In this document: piece after piece, positions 17,823-26,879 of the stretch
Numbering within the stretch: position 1 is the stretch's first letter
Layout: every line of letters starts with the position of its first letter
From: Oscillospiraceae bacterium
GTDB lineage: Bacteria > Bacillota > Clostridia > Oscillospirales > Ruminococcaceae
Length of the DNA stretch: 64,000 nt
Reading direction: 5' to 3'
Assembly: GCA_017560985.1 (NCBI GenBank)
Contig: JAFZDX010000085.1
Span: 30,857 to 94,856 of the forward strand
Program-made: the position numbers and the translations under genes
The notes under the pieces: generated by a model
What the model was told of the DNA's origin: nothing
The model's database searches: none
The model's input: the letters and a program-made list of their open reading frames with translations, nothing else

Positions 17823-18605
17823 ATGAAAAATATTACAGCAGATGTAGGTTTACAGCGCCATATAAACGTGAAACCAGGTGATGTAGGCAGATATGTTATA
17901 CTTCCTGGTGACCCTAAGAGATGTGAAAAAATAGCAAAATATTTTGATGATGCACAGCTTATTGCAGACAGCAGGGAATATATAACATATACAGGATATC
18001 TTGATGGTGAAAAAGTGTCTGTTACATCCACAGGCATCGGTGGCCCATCAGCTTCAATAGCTATGGAAGAACTGGCACGGGTTGGTGCAGATACATTTGT
18101 GCGTGTAGGTACCAGTGGTGGTATAGACCTTGATGTAAAGGGTGGCGATATTGTTGTTGCCACAGGTGCTATCCGAATGGAAGGCACATCAAAAGAGTAC
18201 GCGCCGATAGAATTTCCGGCAGTTGCAAACCTTGATATAGTAAATGCTCTTGTAGATTCCTGTAAATCAATGAAATTAAAACATCATACAGGTATTGTAC
18301 AGTGCAAAGATTCTTTTTACGGACAGATTAATCCTGAAAGAATGGCTGTAAACTATGAATTGACCAACAAATGGGCTGCCTGGAAGCAGCTGGGGGCAAA
18401 AGCTTCTGAAATGGAATCAGCTGCACTTTTCATCGTTGCCAGCCATCTGGGGGTACGCTGCGGTACAGTTCTTCTTGTTGCCGGCAATCAGGAAAGAGTT
18501 GCTGCAGGTCTGGACAATCCTGTTTCACATGATACAGAAATGGCTATAAAAGTAGCCATAGAAGCAATCAGAAAACTGATAAAGACAGATAAAGAATCTG
18601 AATAA
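17823..18605 (+). CDS. udp: uridine phosphorylase
   Basis: [38 protein letters not shown] and EMESAALF closely parallel E. coli Udp. Confidence 0.85.
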   Translation: MKNITADVGLQRHINVKPGDVGRYVILPGDPKRCEKIAKYFDDAQLIADSREYITYTGYLDGEKVSVTSTGIGGPSASIAMEELARVGADTFVRVGTSGGIDLDVKGGDIVVATGAIRMEGTSKEYAPIEFPAVANLDIVNALVDSCKSMKLKHHTGIVQCKDSFYGQINPERMAVNYELTNKWAAWKQLGAKASEMESAALFIVASHLGVRCGTVLLVAGNQERVAAGLDNPVSHDTEMAIKVAIEAIRKLIKTDKESE

Positions 18606-18615
18606 GGTGATGAGA

Positions 18616-19029
18616 ATGACAAATAGAGAGCTTATAAATGAAGCCAAAAAAGCCAGGGAAAAAGCATATGTTCCTTATTCAAATTTTATGGTAGGTGCCG
18701 CACTTGTAACAACAGACGGCAAAATATATCACGGCTGTAATATTGAAAATGCAGCATACTCGCCGACAAACTGTGCTGAAAGAACAGCATTTTTCCGTGC
18801 AGTGTATGAAGGGGAAAGAGAATTTTCCAAAATTGCCGTTGTTGGCGCTCCAAAAGGTGTAGAAGCAGATTTATTGACAGCCCCTTGCGGTGTGTGCCGT
18901 CAGGTTATGATGGAATTCTGCGACCCTGAAACATTTACGATTATAATGCCGGATGGTAAAGGCGGTATTATAGAAATATTGCTTAAAGACCTTTTACCAT
19001 TTGGTTTTGGTCCAGATAATCTTAAATAA
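18616..19029 (+). CDS. cdd: cytidine deaminase
   Basis: CAERTAFF and PCGVCRQVM zinc motifs. The start at MTNRELI aligns with the B. subtilis Cdd N-terminus. Confidence 0.92.
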   Translation: MTNRELINEAKKAREKAYVPYSNFMVGAALVTTDGKIYHGCNIENAAYSPTNCAERTAFFRAVYEGEREFSKIAVVGAPKGVEADLLTAPCGVCRQVMMEFCDPETFTIIMPDGKGGIIEILLKDLLPFGFGPDNLK

Positions 19030-19032
19030 AAC

Positions 19033-19060
19033 AAAGCCCGCGAAAGCGGGCTTTTATTTT
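19033..19060. terminator. bidirectional terminator between cdd and the convergent hydrolase genes
   Basis: aaagcccgc-gaaa-gcgggcttt with A/T runs on both sides. Confidence 0.85.
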
Positions 19061-19063
19061 GTA

Positions 19064-19996
19064 TTAATTTTTATAATATTCCAGCATTTCTTCCAGCATA
19101 GCCTTGAATTTTGCTCTGTCTGCTGTTTCTAATACTTCCACGTTTGGTTCTTTTTTATATTTACCCTTGTGGTCTACTATTGTCCAGCCGGCATTAGGAC
19201 CTTTTGTTTCAACGGTCACATAATATTTTTTGGTTGTACCTATAGATTCATCCAGCGCCCAGGCCACTGTAATTGCATCGTAAATAGTCTGCAGTTTGTC
19301 ATCGTCTGTGGAATTGGTACGTTTATTGATAAAGAAATTGAATATATGGTCAAACAGTTCTTTGATTTTTGTATCCTTGCCAACCATTGATTTCAGTTCG
19401 TCAATAGTAAGATATGCCTGTTCTGTACTGTCCAGACCACACATTACAATAGGTACACCGCTGTGGAATACATAATTGAATGCATCAGGGTCAACCCATA
19501 CATTGAATTCTGCTTTTGGTGTGATATTACCTTCATATGCAGAACCACCCATACAGATAATACGTTTGATAAGCGGTTTGATTTCCGGATAACGCATAAA
19601 TGTAATAGCTATATTGGTGAGAGGTCCCAGTGTAATCAGTTCAAGTTCACCGCCAGCCTTAATAGCTTCATCACGGATAATATCCCAGGCATAGCCGTCA
19701 AATTCTCTGCCGCTGTTTTTCAGCATATAGCCACCCAGACCACCTTTGCCGTGTACACCATCAGAATCCATTCCTTTGATAAACAAAGGCTGGTCTGCAC
19801 CAATACCGATTTTGCAATCAATACCCAGATATTCCACAAGGCCTAAAGCGTTTTCGCTGGTAAAGCTGTAGGATACATTACCTAAAACAGGTGTAATTGC
19901 TTTGATATCAAGTTCAGGGTGGGCGTTTGCCAGCATAATGGCAATAGTATCGTCAACGCCTGGGTCAGTATCAATAATAATAGGTCTTTTTATCAT
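19064..19996 (-). CDS. nucleoside hydrolase (IU-NH family), DTDPG-type
   Basis: IIIDTDPGVDDTIAIMLA, GPLTNIA, AEFNVWVDPDA. The ATG at 19996 follows aaggag; the listed GTG at 20005 abuts the RBS. Confidence 0.88.
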   Translation of the reverse strand: MIKRPIIIDTDPGVDDTIAIMLANAHPELDIKAITPVLGNVSYSFTSENALGLVEYLGIDCKIGIGADQPLFIKGMDSDGVHGKGGLGGYMLKNSGREFDGYAWDIIRDEAIKAGGELELITLGPLTNIAITFMRYPEIKPLIKRIICMGGSAYEGNITPKAEFNVWVDPDAFNYVFHSGVPIVMCGLDSTEQAYLTIDELKSMVGKDTKIKELFDHIFNFFINKRTNSTDDDKLQTIYDAITVAWALDESIGTTKKYYVTVETKGPNAGWTIVDHKGKYKKEPNVEVLETADRAKFKAMLEEMLEYYKN

Positions 19997-20008
19997 AATT
20001 GCCACTCC

Positions 20009-20944
20009 TTAATAATTTTTGCAGGCGTCCATCAAAAGTTTTACAAACGCTTCTCTGTCAATATCAACGCCCACAAGAGCGTTGTCTTTTTCTTTATCAC
20101 GCCAAGGGCGGAAATCACATATTGTCGCAGCATAGCTGTCTTTACCGTCAATATCCACTTTTGCAATGCCTTGTCTGGTTTTGATGAGTTCAGGTGCGAT
20201 AAGATATGTAATAGTTACAGCATCGTGAACAGCGCAACCTATGAAGTTTGCGTTTTTCTTGTACATTGCCATATAGAATTCCAGTGCTTCAGCAATAAAA
20301 TCACCAGCCTTGTTGCCGATTGCTTTAATCTGTGCAACTTCATCAGGTGTTACCAGTGCTTTCATTGTTACATCAAGACCGCACATCACAAGTTTTACAC
20401 CGCTGTTGAAAACTACACTGGCGGCTTCAGGGTCAGCGAAAATATTAAATTCTGCTGTTGCATTGGAATTACCCTGGAAAGCACCGCCGCCCATAAGCAC
20501 GATTTCTTTGATATTATCTTTGATATGAGGATAAGCTTTAAGTAAAATAGCAATATTTGTAAGTGGACCAGTAGGAACAAGTGTGATTTTTTCTTCACTT
20601 TCTTCCAGTACTTTTTTGATAAACGATACTGCATCCAGTTCTTCTGGCTGTTTTTCAGCTTTTGGCAAAACGGCAGTGCCCAGCCCGGATTCACCGTGGG
20701 CATATGCTGCAATAATCTGCGGCCTTACCAGCGGCTGACTTGCGCCCATTGCCACAGGTATTTCACCGCGACCAAAATATTCCACAACGTCAATAGTGTT
20801 TCTTGTAGTTTTTTCAATGGTCTGATTACCGGCAACTGTTGTAATACCACGGATCTCCAGTTTGTCACTCTGCAGTGCCAGCACCAGTGCCATAGCATCA
20901 TCTATACCGGTATCAACGTCTATAATCACAGGTATTTTGCTCAT
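20009..20944 (-). CDS. nucleoside hydrolase (IU-NH family), DVDTG-type
   Basis: VIIDVDTGIDDAMALVLA, GPLTNIA, AEFNIFADPEAA. The ATG at 20944 lies 7 nt after ggagg. Confidence 0.88.
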   Translation of the reverse strand: MSKIPVIIDVDTGIDDAMALVLALQSDKLEIRGITTVAGNQTIEKTTRNTIDVVEYFGRGEIPVAMGASQPLVRPQIIAAYAHGESGLGTAVLPKAEKQPEELDAVSFIKKVLEESEEKITLVPTGPLTNIAILLKAYPHIKDNIKEIVLMGGGAFQGNSNATAEFNIFADPEAASVVFNSGVKLVMCGLDVTMKALVTPDEVAQIKAIGNKAGDFIAEALEFYMAMYKKNANFIGCAVHDAVTITYLIAPELIKTRQGIAKVDIDGKDSYAATICDFRPWRDKEKDNALVGVDIDREAFVKLLMDACKNY

Positions 20945-21141
20945 TTCCAATCCTCCGTTATAATTAATTTATACATATATTTTAACATAATGAAACGTTA
21001 AAATAAACACTTTTTTAAAGTAAAGATTTCATCTTTACTGCCAAATATATTGGTTGACATATTGACTATTTGTTTGGAAAATGTTAGTATATTTCTGGTT
21101 TTTATTTACTTAATGTTTATTATATTATAAGCGAGGAAATT

Positions 21142-21786
21142 ATGGATCCAAATGTAGTTTTTATACTTGAAGTAATCGGCACTGTTACTTTTGCATTTTC
21201 AGGTGCTTATGTAGCTATCAACCAGGACCTTGACTGGCTGGGTATTATGCTTATGGCTTGTTGTACAGCCTGTGGCGGCGGTATGACACGTGACGTTATC
21301 ATTGACAACACACCTGCTAACCTGTTCAAAAACCCAACATATGTTGCAATGGCAGCAGTTGTTGCTTTCATTACAATAGCAATTTACAAACCACTTATGC
21401 AGCATGAAAAAAGAAAGACAATTATGTTTGTAATTGACACACTTGATGCTGTTGGTCTTGCTATTTTCACAGTTGTTGGTATGCAGGTTGCTATCGGCCA
21501 GGGCTTTGGCGACAATGCATTTCTTGTTTGCTTCTGCGGTGCTCTTTCAGCAGTAGGCGGTGGTCTGCTGCGTGACATTATGGTTAACAGAACTCCACTT
21601 GTTCTTTCAAAAGAAATTTATGCTACTGCAACAATTCCAGGTGCTCTGCTGTATTACTATCTGCCAGGTATGATTGGTGAACTGCCTGCCTGTGTTATCG
21701 CACTGGTTGTAATCTTTGCAATCAGAATGTGGGCTATTATCAATAAAAAGAACCTGCCAATGGTAGAAAAAATCCTTGTTGATTAA
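21142..21786 (+). CDS. TRIC/UPF0126 (YadS-like) cation channel family membrane protein
   Basis: Two UPF0126 repeats containing GGGMTRD and GGGLLRD motifs; 214 aa. Confidence 0.8.
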   Translation: MDPNVVFILEVIGTVTFAFSGAYVAINQDLDWLGIMLMACCTACGGGMTRDVIIDNTPANLFKNPTYVAMAAVVAFITIAIYKPLMQHEKRKTIMFVIDTLDAVGLAIFTVVGMQVAIGQGFGDNAFLVCFCGALSAVGGGLLRDIMVNRTPLVLSKEIYATATIPGALLYYYLPGMIGELPACVIALVVIFAIRMWAIINKKNLPMVEKILVD

Positions 21787-21802
21787 TTTTTGAATAACTG
21801 AT

Positions 21803-21849
21803 AAAACTGCCTTTAAGTCAAAAATGGTTGACATAAAGGCAGTTTTGTT
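21803..21849 (+). terminator. hairpin terminator after the TRIC gene
   Basis: aaaactgccttta ... taaaggcagtttt stem with an 18-nt loop. Confidence 0.55.
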
Positions 21850-21856
21850 GTATTAT
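21828..21856 (+). promoter_or_regulatory. promoter of tRNA-Leu
   Basis: TTGACA, 17 nt, TATTAT, 20 nt upstream of the tRNA 5' end. It is embedded in the terminator loop and 3' arm. Confidence 0.6.
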
Positions 21857-21875
21857 ATTTAGGCATAATATTTTA

Positions 21876-21963
21876 GCCGCTGTGGTGGAATAGGCAGACA
21901 CAAGGGACTTAAAATCCCTCGCCCTAATACGGCGTACCGGTTCGACCCCGGTCAGCGGCACCA
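21876..21963 (+). tRNA. tRNA-Leu (anticodon UAA), CCA encoded
   Basis: Acceptor GCCGCTG/CAGCGGC, anticodon loop cTTAAaa, long variable arm, GGTTCGACCCCGG T-arm, terminal ACCA. Confidence 0.92.
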
Positions 21964-21966
21964 GAT

Positions 21967-22000
21967 AACCAGTTGTACTGTTGTACAGCTGGTTTTCTTT
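21967..22000 (+). terminator. rho-independent terminator after tRNA-Leu
   Basis: aaccagttgtac-tgtt-gtacagctggtt stem followed by a T-run. Confidence 0.8.
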
Positions 22001-22020
22001 TTAAATTCTTACATTCTATA

Positions 22021-22058
22021 ACATAAAAACTCTCCCTTGTCTGTGACAGGGGAGAGCA
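22021..22058 (-). terminator. terminator of the 22062-23387 gene
   Basis: ctctccc...gggagag stem with an inner tgtc/gaca pairing, and a T-run on the minus strand. Confidence 0.7.
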
Positions 22059-22061
22059 TTT

Positions 22062-23387
22062 TTATTTATTGAATTTTTCCCATTCAGCATCTATAAACGC
22101 AGTAAGATTTTTATAATAATCTTCATCATATGGTGTGAACAGATAGGCTTCGTTATGGAATTCTTCACAGTTGTATTTTTCTGTGCCAAAATAATTTTCT
22201 GATACTTTGTCTACACAGGAAGGGAAGCCATCACCAGTGTTAAAATTATAGAAACTGTTTACAAAAGCTTTGCCAGTTTCATTGAAATGTTTATTGCGCA
22301 ACATGCCGCTGAATGCAGGTGATTTAAGGAAAATATTTCTGTAATCCGGATATTCTTTATCCAGTTCTGGGCATTTTTCAATCAGCTCAGCACTTAGCAG
22401 GTCGTGCTCATTTGCCCATCTGATGAATACTGCAATATGGTTCACTCCACATATCTCATCGATATCAAGGTTGAATCTTTTTATTTTATTGCTGTGGGAG
22501 TATCCGGTATCAATTATTTTACCCCAGTAAAAACCTTTTACCGGTTTCAGTGTCATCATATCCACAGCGTGATTTTTCACAAAATAAGAAATGGTTTCTT
22601 CTGAAAGATTTACTGTTATATGCTCTGCATCATAATAGTCTGCATATCCTATATTGTTTATAAAAACATCATAAGGAATATAGTTTTCATCCGGCAGTTC
22701 AACAAGATATGAGTGCAGATTTTCGATTTTCTGATATGGATATTCAGGATTCAAAGGAATAGTAGTTGGTACATTGTCACGCAGAAAATAGAATCCGTGT
22801 ATTTTCTCATCGTCAAATTTATAAAAACGTGGGTTAGCATAATACGCGTCAATACGCTGTATTCTGTCCATCATTTTATCAAAACCTTCAATGCTGTCAT
22901 CCATTTCATTTATTTCGTTAGGGCCGATAAAAACAGGATTCAGCGCACCGAAAAGTATCATATATCTGTGTTCCTGGTTTGATACTGTTTCGGCAATTCG
23001 GCGCAGAGATTGCATAGTTATTTCTTTATCGTTTTCAGCTTTTGTACCGATATCAGTTACAGCAACAAATTCTTCATCCATCTGGATAAAATACACCCCC
23101 ATTTTATCGCAGATTTTTTTAACTAATTTATAGAAAATATCTATATCGTGGGATGTAGTAGGCAGTGGGATGCTCAGGCATATACTATTGTCTTCATAGT
23201 TTACTTCTATACCACGACCCACCATTTTTTCATCATAGAGAATGGTGTATTTTGCGGTTTTATTAAAAATCAGACAATAGTTATTGTCTGAATATCCATA
23301 ACTTAAATTCATAAGCCTTGCGATTTCTTCTATTGACATCAGCGGCTGTTTTTCGTCAATAGGTTTTATTGTAATGTGTACAGACAT
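22062..23387 (-). CDS. hypothetical protein (441 aa), no recognised catalytic motif
   Basis: Long ORF with AT-rich codons. aaggag lies 8 nt before the ATG at 23387 (MSVHITIK). The Y/F/D/E/N-rich composition is immunity-protein-like. Confidence 0.55.
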   Translation of the reverse strand: MSVHITIKPIDEKQPLMSIEEIARLMNLSYGYSDNNYCLIFNKTAKYTILYDEKMVGRGIEVNYEDNSICLSIPLPTTSHDIDIFYKLVKKICDKMGVYFIQMDEEFVAVTDIGTKAENDKEITMQSLRRIAETVSNQEHRYMILFGALNPVFIGPNEINEMDDSIEGFDKMMDRIQRIDAYYANPRFYKFDDEKIHGFYFLRDNVPTTIPLNPEYPYQKIENLHSYLVELPDENYIPYDVFINNIGYADYYDAEHITVNLSEETISYFVKNHAVDMMTLKPVKGFYWGKIIDTGYSHSNKIKRFNLDIDEICGVNHIAVFIRWANEHDLLSAELIEKCPELDKEYPDYRNIFLKSPAFSGMLRNKHFNETGKAFVNSFYNFNTGDGFPSCVDKVSENYFGTEKYNCEEFHNEAYLFTPYDEDYYKNLTAFIDAEWEKFNK

Positions 23388-23442
23388 ATTTGTCACTCCT
23401 TACCAAGATACAACAATTATAGCACTTATATTTTGGAATATC

Positions 23443-23475
23443 AACAAATGTATTTCCGCGAAAAACAAATGTATT
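23443..23475. repeat. 12-nt direct repeat AACAAATGTATT x2 with 21-nt periodicity
   Basis: Copies at 23443-23454 and 23464-23475. The second copy abuts the -35 of the M20 promoter. Confidence 0.9.
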
Positions 23476-23502
23476 GCAATACTAATATTTTAGTGGTAAA
23501 AT
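23474..23502 (+). promoter_or_regulatory. promoter of the M20 amidohydrolase gene
   Basis: TTGCAA, 17 nt, TGgTAAAAT (extended -10). Confidence 0.6.
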
Positions 23503-23542
23503 ATGTAACATATTATTCCGTAAAATATAAGGAGAGAGATTT

Positions 23543-24715
23543 ATGAAAACTTTGGAATTGTCAAAAAAATACAAAGATTACGTTATTGAAATGAGACGTA
23601 CTATCCACAGACATCCAGAACCAGGTACACAGGAATTCAAAACAGCAAAACTTATCCGTGGTGAACTGGATAAAATGGGCATCCCATACGAAGAAAAATT
23701 TGTAACAGGTACTGTTGCTACAATCAAAGGCAATAACCCAGGCAAAACAGTTGCCCTGCGTGCTGACATTGATGCTCTGACACTGGACGATAGAACAGGC
23801 ACAGACTATGCATCAGAAATTCCTGGTATGAACCATGCTTGTGGTCACGACACACACGCTGCTATGCTGCTTGGTGCTGCAAAAATCCTGAATGAAATGA
23901 AAGACGAAATCAATGGTACTGTTAAACTTTTCTTCCAGCCTGCTGAAGAAGTTGGCGTTGGTGCACGCGGTATGATTGCTGACGGATGTATGGAAGGTGT
24001 TGACAACGTATTTGCTATTCATATTTCTTCCGGTGCACAGCTGGGTAAAGTTGGCTCAGGCGCAGGCGGCAGAATGGCATCTGCAGACAGATTTATCATC
24101 AATGTAACAGGTAAGGGCGGCCACGGTGCTGCACCACATCAGTGTGTTGATGCTGTTTATATTGCATCCAAAATCGTTGTTGCACTTCAGGAAATTGTAA
24201 GCCGTGAACTGGACCCTGTTGTTCCTGCAGTTGTAACATGCGGTACAATCAATGGTGGTTCCCGCTGGAATATCGTTGCCAATGAAGCAGTTATCGAAGG
24301 TACAACACGTTGTTTCGCACCAGAAGTAAGAGATATGCTGGAAGAAGCAATCGGCAGAATTGCAAAATCTGTTGCAGAAGCATACCGCGGCACAGCAGTT
24401 CTTGATTACCAGAGACTGGTTGCTCCAACAGTTAATACAGCTGAAAGCGTTGACCTTATTGAAGAAACAGTAAAACAGCTTCTTGGTGAAGACGCATTCT
24501 TTGAATCTCCTGCACAGATGGGCGGCGAAGATGCTGGCGAATACTTTGCTGTTGCACCAGAAGGCGGTGCACTGGCAAATCTTGGCGCACGTCATCCAGA
24601 TAAACCAGAAACACAGTGGCCACATCATCATCCAAACTTCAATGTTGATGAAGATGCATTTGAAATCGGTTCAGCACTGTATGCACAGTATGCAATCAAC
24701 TATCTCAACAAATAA
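23543..24715 (+). CDS. M20D-family amidohydrolase (N-acyl-L-amino acid amidohydrolase / hippurate hydrolase-like)
   Basis: HRHPE, ALRADIDAL, HACGHD and FQPAEE motifs; 390 aa. Confidence 0.85.
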   Translation: MKTLELSKKYKDYVIEMRRTIHRHPEPGTQEFKTAKLIRGELDKMGIPYEEKFVTGTVATIKGNNPGKTVALRADIDALTLDDRTGTDYASEIPGMNHACGHDTHAAMLLGAAKILNEMKDEINGTVKLFFQPAEEVGVGARGMIADGCMEGVDNVFAIHISSGAQLGKVGSGAGGRMASADRFIINVTGKGGHGAAPHQCVDAVYIASKIVVALQEIVSRELDPVVPAVVTCGTINGGSRWNIVANEAVIEGTTRCFAPEVRDMLEEAIGRIAKSVAEAYRGTAVLDYQRLVAPTVNTAESVDLIEETVKQLLGEDAFFESPAQMGGEDAGEYFAVAPEGGALANLGARHPDKPETQWPHHHPNFNVDEDAFEIGSALYAQYAINYLNK

Positions 24716-24725
24716 TTACAGTTTA

Positions 24726-24755
24726 AAACGGCAGGCAGGTCCTGCCGTTTTTTTG
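24726..24755 (+). terminator. rho-independent terminator
   Basis: acggcagg-caggt-cctgccgt followed by ttttttt. Confidence 0.85.
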
Positions 24756-24795
24756 TGAAAATTTACTGATATAGTAACATTACAGGTGTTTTATG

Positions 24796-24804
24796 TGTTA
24801 TAAT
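24796..24804 (+). promoter_or_regulatory. extended -10 element (TGTTATAAT) ahead of the small-ORF array
   Basis: Read directly. The -35 (AACATT/TAACAT) is weak. Confidence 0.45.
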
Positions 24805-24830
24805 GTGTTTAAAGTTTTATTGGATGGTTT

Positions 24831-25400
24831 ATGATTATGATACAGATTGAAGAAAAAGATATTGTTAATGTTACACTGGAACTGAATGCCAGATTGCAGC
24901 CTTTACACAGAGGCGAAATATTTGAAGATATGTTTGAAGAAATGTTCAGACGTTTTGGTATTGGAGAAATTACTGGGGCTGGAACATTGCAGATGCCTTC
25001 CGGTGAAGTGGAAAAATGCGATATAAGTATGGAGATTTATAAAAGTAAACTTAATCCGTTTATATCTCTTTTAAAAAGAATAGATATTATTCCCAAAGGC
25101 AGTAAACTGATTATAAATGGCGAAGAAACACCAATCGGCACGGCACAGGGTATGGCTATTTATCTTAATGGAACAGAACTGGCCCCTGAAGTTTATAAAA
25201 ACAATGATATAAACCAGCTTATTGAAGAACTGGACAAGGCACTGGAAGGTCTTGCCCAGAGATTAAGTCACTGGGAAGGGCCATCAGAAACAGCTCTTTA
25301 TTATTATGGCAGTGACTATATAAAAATGAAAAAAGCTATATTGCCAATATTGAAAAATCATCCGCTTTGTGAAAAAAGCAGATCTGTAAAAATTGTATAA
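24831..25400 (+). CDS. hypothetical protein (array member 1)
   Basis: 189-aa ORF, first gene after the promoter. No motif recognised. Confidence 0.5.
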   Translation: MIMIQIEEKDIVNVTLELNARLQPLHRGEIFEDMFEEMFRRFGIGEITGAGTLQMPSGEVEKCDISMEIYKSKLNPFISLLKRIDIIPKGSKLIINGEETPIGTAQGMAIYLNGTELAPEVYKNNDINQLIEELDKALEGLAQRLSHWEGPSETALYYYGSDYIKMKKAILPILKNHPLCEKSRSVKIV

Positions 25401-25407
25401 TAAAATT

Positions 25408-25680
25408 ATGTTCGATAAAGAAAAAATATTTAAAACAGGCATATGCCGATATGCTGAAAAAGAATACCATGTATATATCTGCAAGTCCGATGTTTTCTAT
25501 GGTACAGGTGACTGTGAAGATGGGCTTACAGGAGAAGATGTAGAAAAAGAGTGTTTTTCCGTATGGTACGAAGATATATTTCACCCAGGAAAAACAAATG
25601 CCGGTGGCGGTTATTTTGAAACATTTGAAGATGCGGTGAAAAAGGCAGAAAACGGCAGTGGTTTTATAAAATGGGTATAA
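25408..25680 (+). CDS. hypothetical small protein (array member 2)
   Basis: 90 aa counting from the ATG at 25408. The listed TTG at 25393 overlaps the upstream stop. The RBS is poor. Confidence 0.35.
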   Translation: MFDKEKIFKTGICRYAEKEYHVYICKSDVFYGTGDCEDGLTGEDVEKECFSVWYEDIFHPGKTNAGGGYFETFEDAVKKAENGSGFIKWV

Positions 25681-25690
25681 GGAGACAGTT

Positions 25691-26419
25691 ATGGGACTTT
25701 TTGATAAATTTAACAAAACAGAAAATACTGAAAAAGATATTTTTGATACTATAAACAAAAGCGACTGGCTGCAGGTATTTTCTGCCTGTCTGGGCAAAGC
25801 AATGGTTATTCAGAACAATGCGGGAAAGTATGTGGTTAAAGACCGCAACTGGAATGTGGATTTCGGTCAGGGATATATAGCTTTTGGGGAAGATAAATAC
25901 CCCGTACAGTTTATCGGCAGCGAATCAAGCAGCAGCAACAGCTGGATGTGGGGCTGGAACAATATAAACAATTTCCCATCGCAGCTTATCACCCTTGCAA
26001 ACGAAATGCTGGATAAGGGCGAAGAATGGTCACTGGACCCATTGAGAGTGCCACAGTTTGACCTTAACGATATTTTTAACGGACACACCCTTTCTATCGT
26101 TGCCTGCGGTTTAAGCAAAGATGATTATTTCTATTACCGCGGGCCACACGGCGGCGGTGCTGTATTTATGGCGGTGGGCAATGTTCCCCAGGAGGTATTC
26201 CAGCCCGCCAACATCAGTGAATTTGCAAATCTGACAGTGCAGTGCATCCAGCAATACCCTGTAGACCACAGGATTTTTTCAGAAAGTCTGCTGCAGTGGA
26301 ACAGAACAAAGTACGATTGGAACGGCGACACACTGATAGCCCATTTCAGCCAGGATTTGTACATCTCATTTGAGCAGAGCGGAGATTACTACCGCATAAC
26401 AGGGATAAATACAAAATAG
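25691..26419 (+). CDS. hypothetical protein (array member 3)
   Basis: 242 aa, RBS aaggag, W-rich (SNSWMWGWNNINNF). Confidence 0.55.
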   Translation: MGLFDKFNKTENTEKDIFDTINKSDWLQVFSACLGKAMVIQNNAGKYVVKDRNWNVDFGQGYIAFGEDKYPVQFIGSESSSSNSWMWGWNNINNFPSQLITLANEMLDKGEEWSLDPLRVPQFDLNDIFNGHTLSIVACGLSKDDYFYYRGPHGGGAVFMAVGNVPQEVFQPANISEFANLTVQCIQQYPVDHRIFSESLLQWNRTKYDWNGDTLIAHFSQDLYISFEQSGDYYRITGINTK

Positions 26420-26426
26420 GTGAATT

Positions 26427-26861
26427 ATGGATTACAAATCATTTCAGAATATAGTTGAAGAAGTGAAAAAGAAAAAGCCATTACTGTTTGCACTGGAAAG
26501 TGATGAAAAACCTGCGCAGGCAGATATTGATGCATTTGAAAAAGAAACCGGGATAACACTTCCGCAAAAGTATAAGGATTTTATTCTTGATTTTGGCGGT
26601 GGATATTTCGGTTTTGCCAATATTTATTCTTTTGATAAAAACAGTTCTTTTTATCTGCTGAAGCATAATAATAGGCCCTTTGATAAGTATCTGAAGATTG
26701 CCGACAATGGCTGTGGTGATTACTGGCTATTTTGTATAGAGAATGGAAAATGTATGGAAAACGTATTTTTTAATGATCATGGGGTAGGAACTACTATTCA
26801 GACAGAATACAGGGATATCCTTGAATATCTGACAGCAATCGGATTAAAAAAGAAATTTTAA
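26427..26861 (+). CDS. SMI1/KNR4 (SUKH-1) family protein (array member 4)
   Basis: LPQKYKDFILDFGGGYFG ... GCGDYWLF pattern typical of SUKH immunity proteins; 144 aa. Confidence 0.7.
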   Translation: MDYKSFQNIVEEVKKKKPLLFALESDEKPAQADIDAFEKETGITLPQKYKDFILDFGGGYFGFANIYSFDKNSSFYLLKHNNRPFDKYLKIADNGCGDYWLFCIENGKCMENVFFNDHGVGTTIQTEYRDILEYLTAIGLKKKF

Positions 26862-26879
26862 AAGGTTTTAATTTTATAT

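Noticed and set aside
19919-20545. 208-aa plus-strand ORF spanning the two nucleoside hydrolase genes
   Set aside because: It is antisense to two well-supported genes. It has a Cys/Phe/Asn-rich nonsense-like composition and no RBS.
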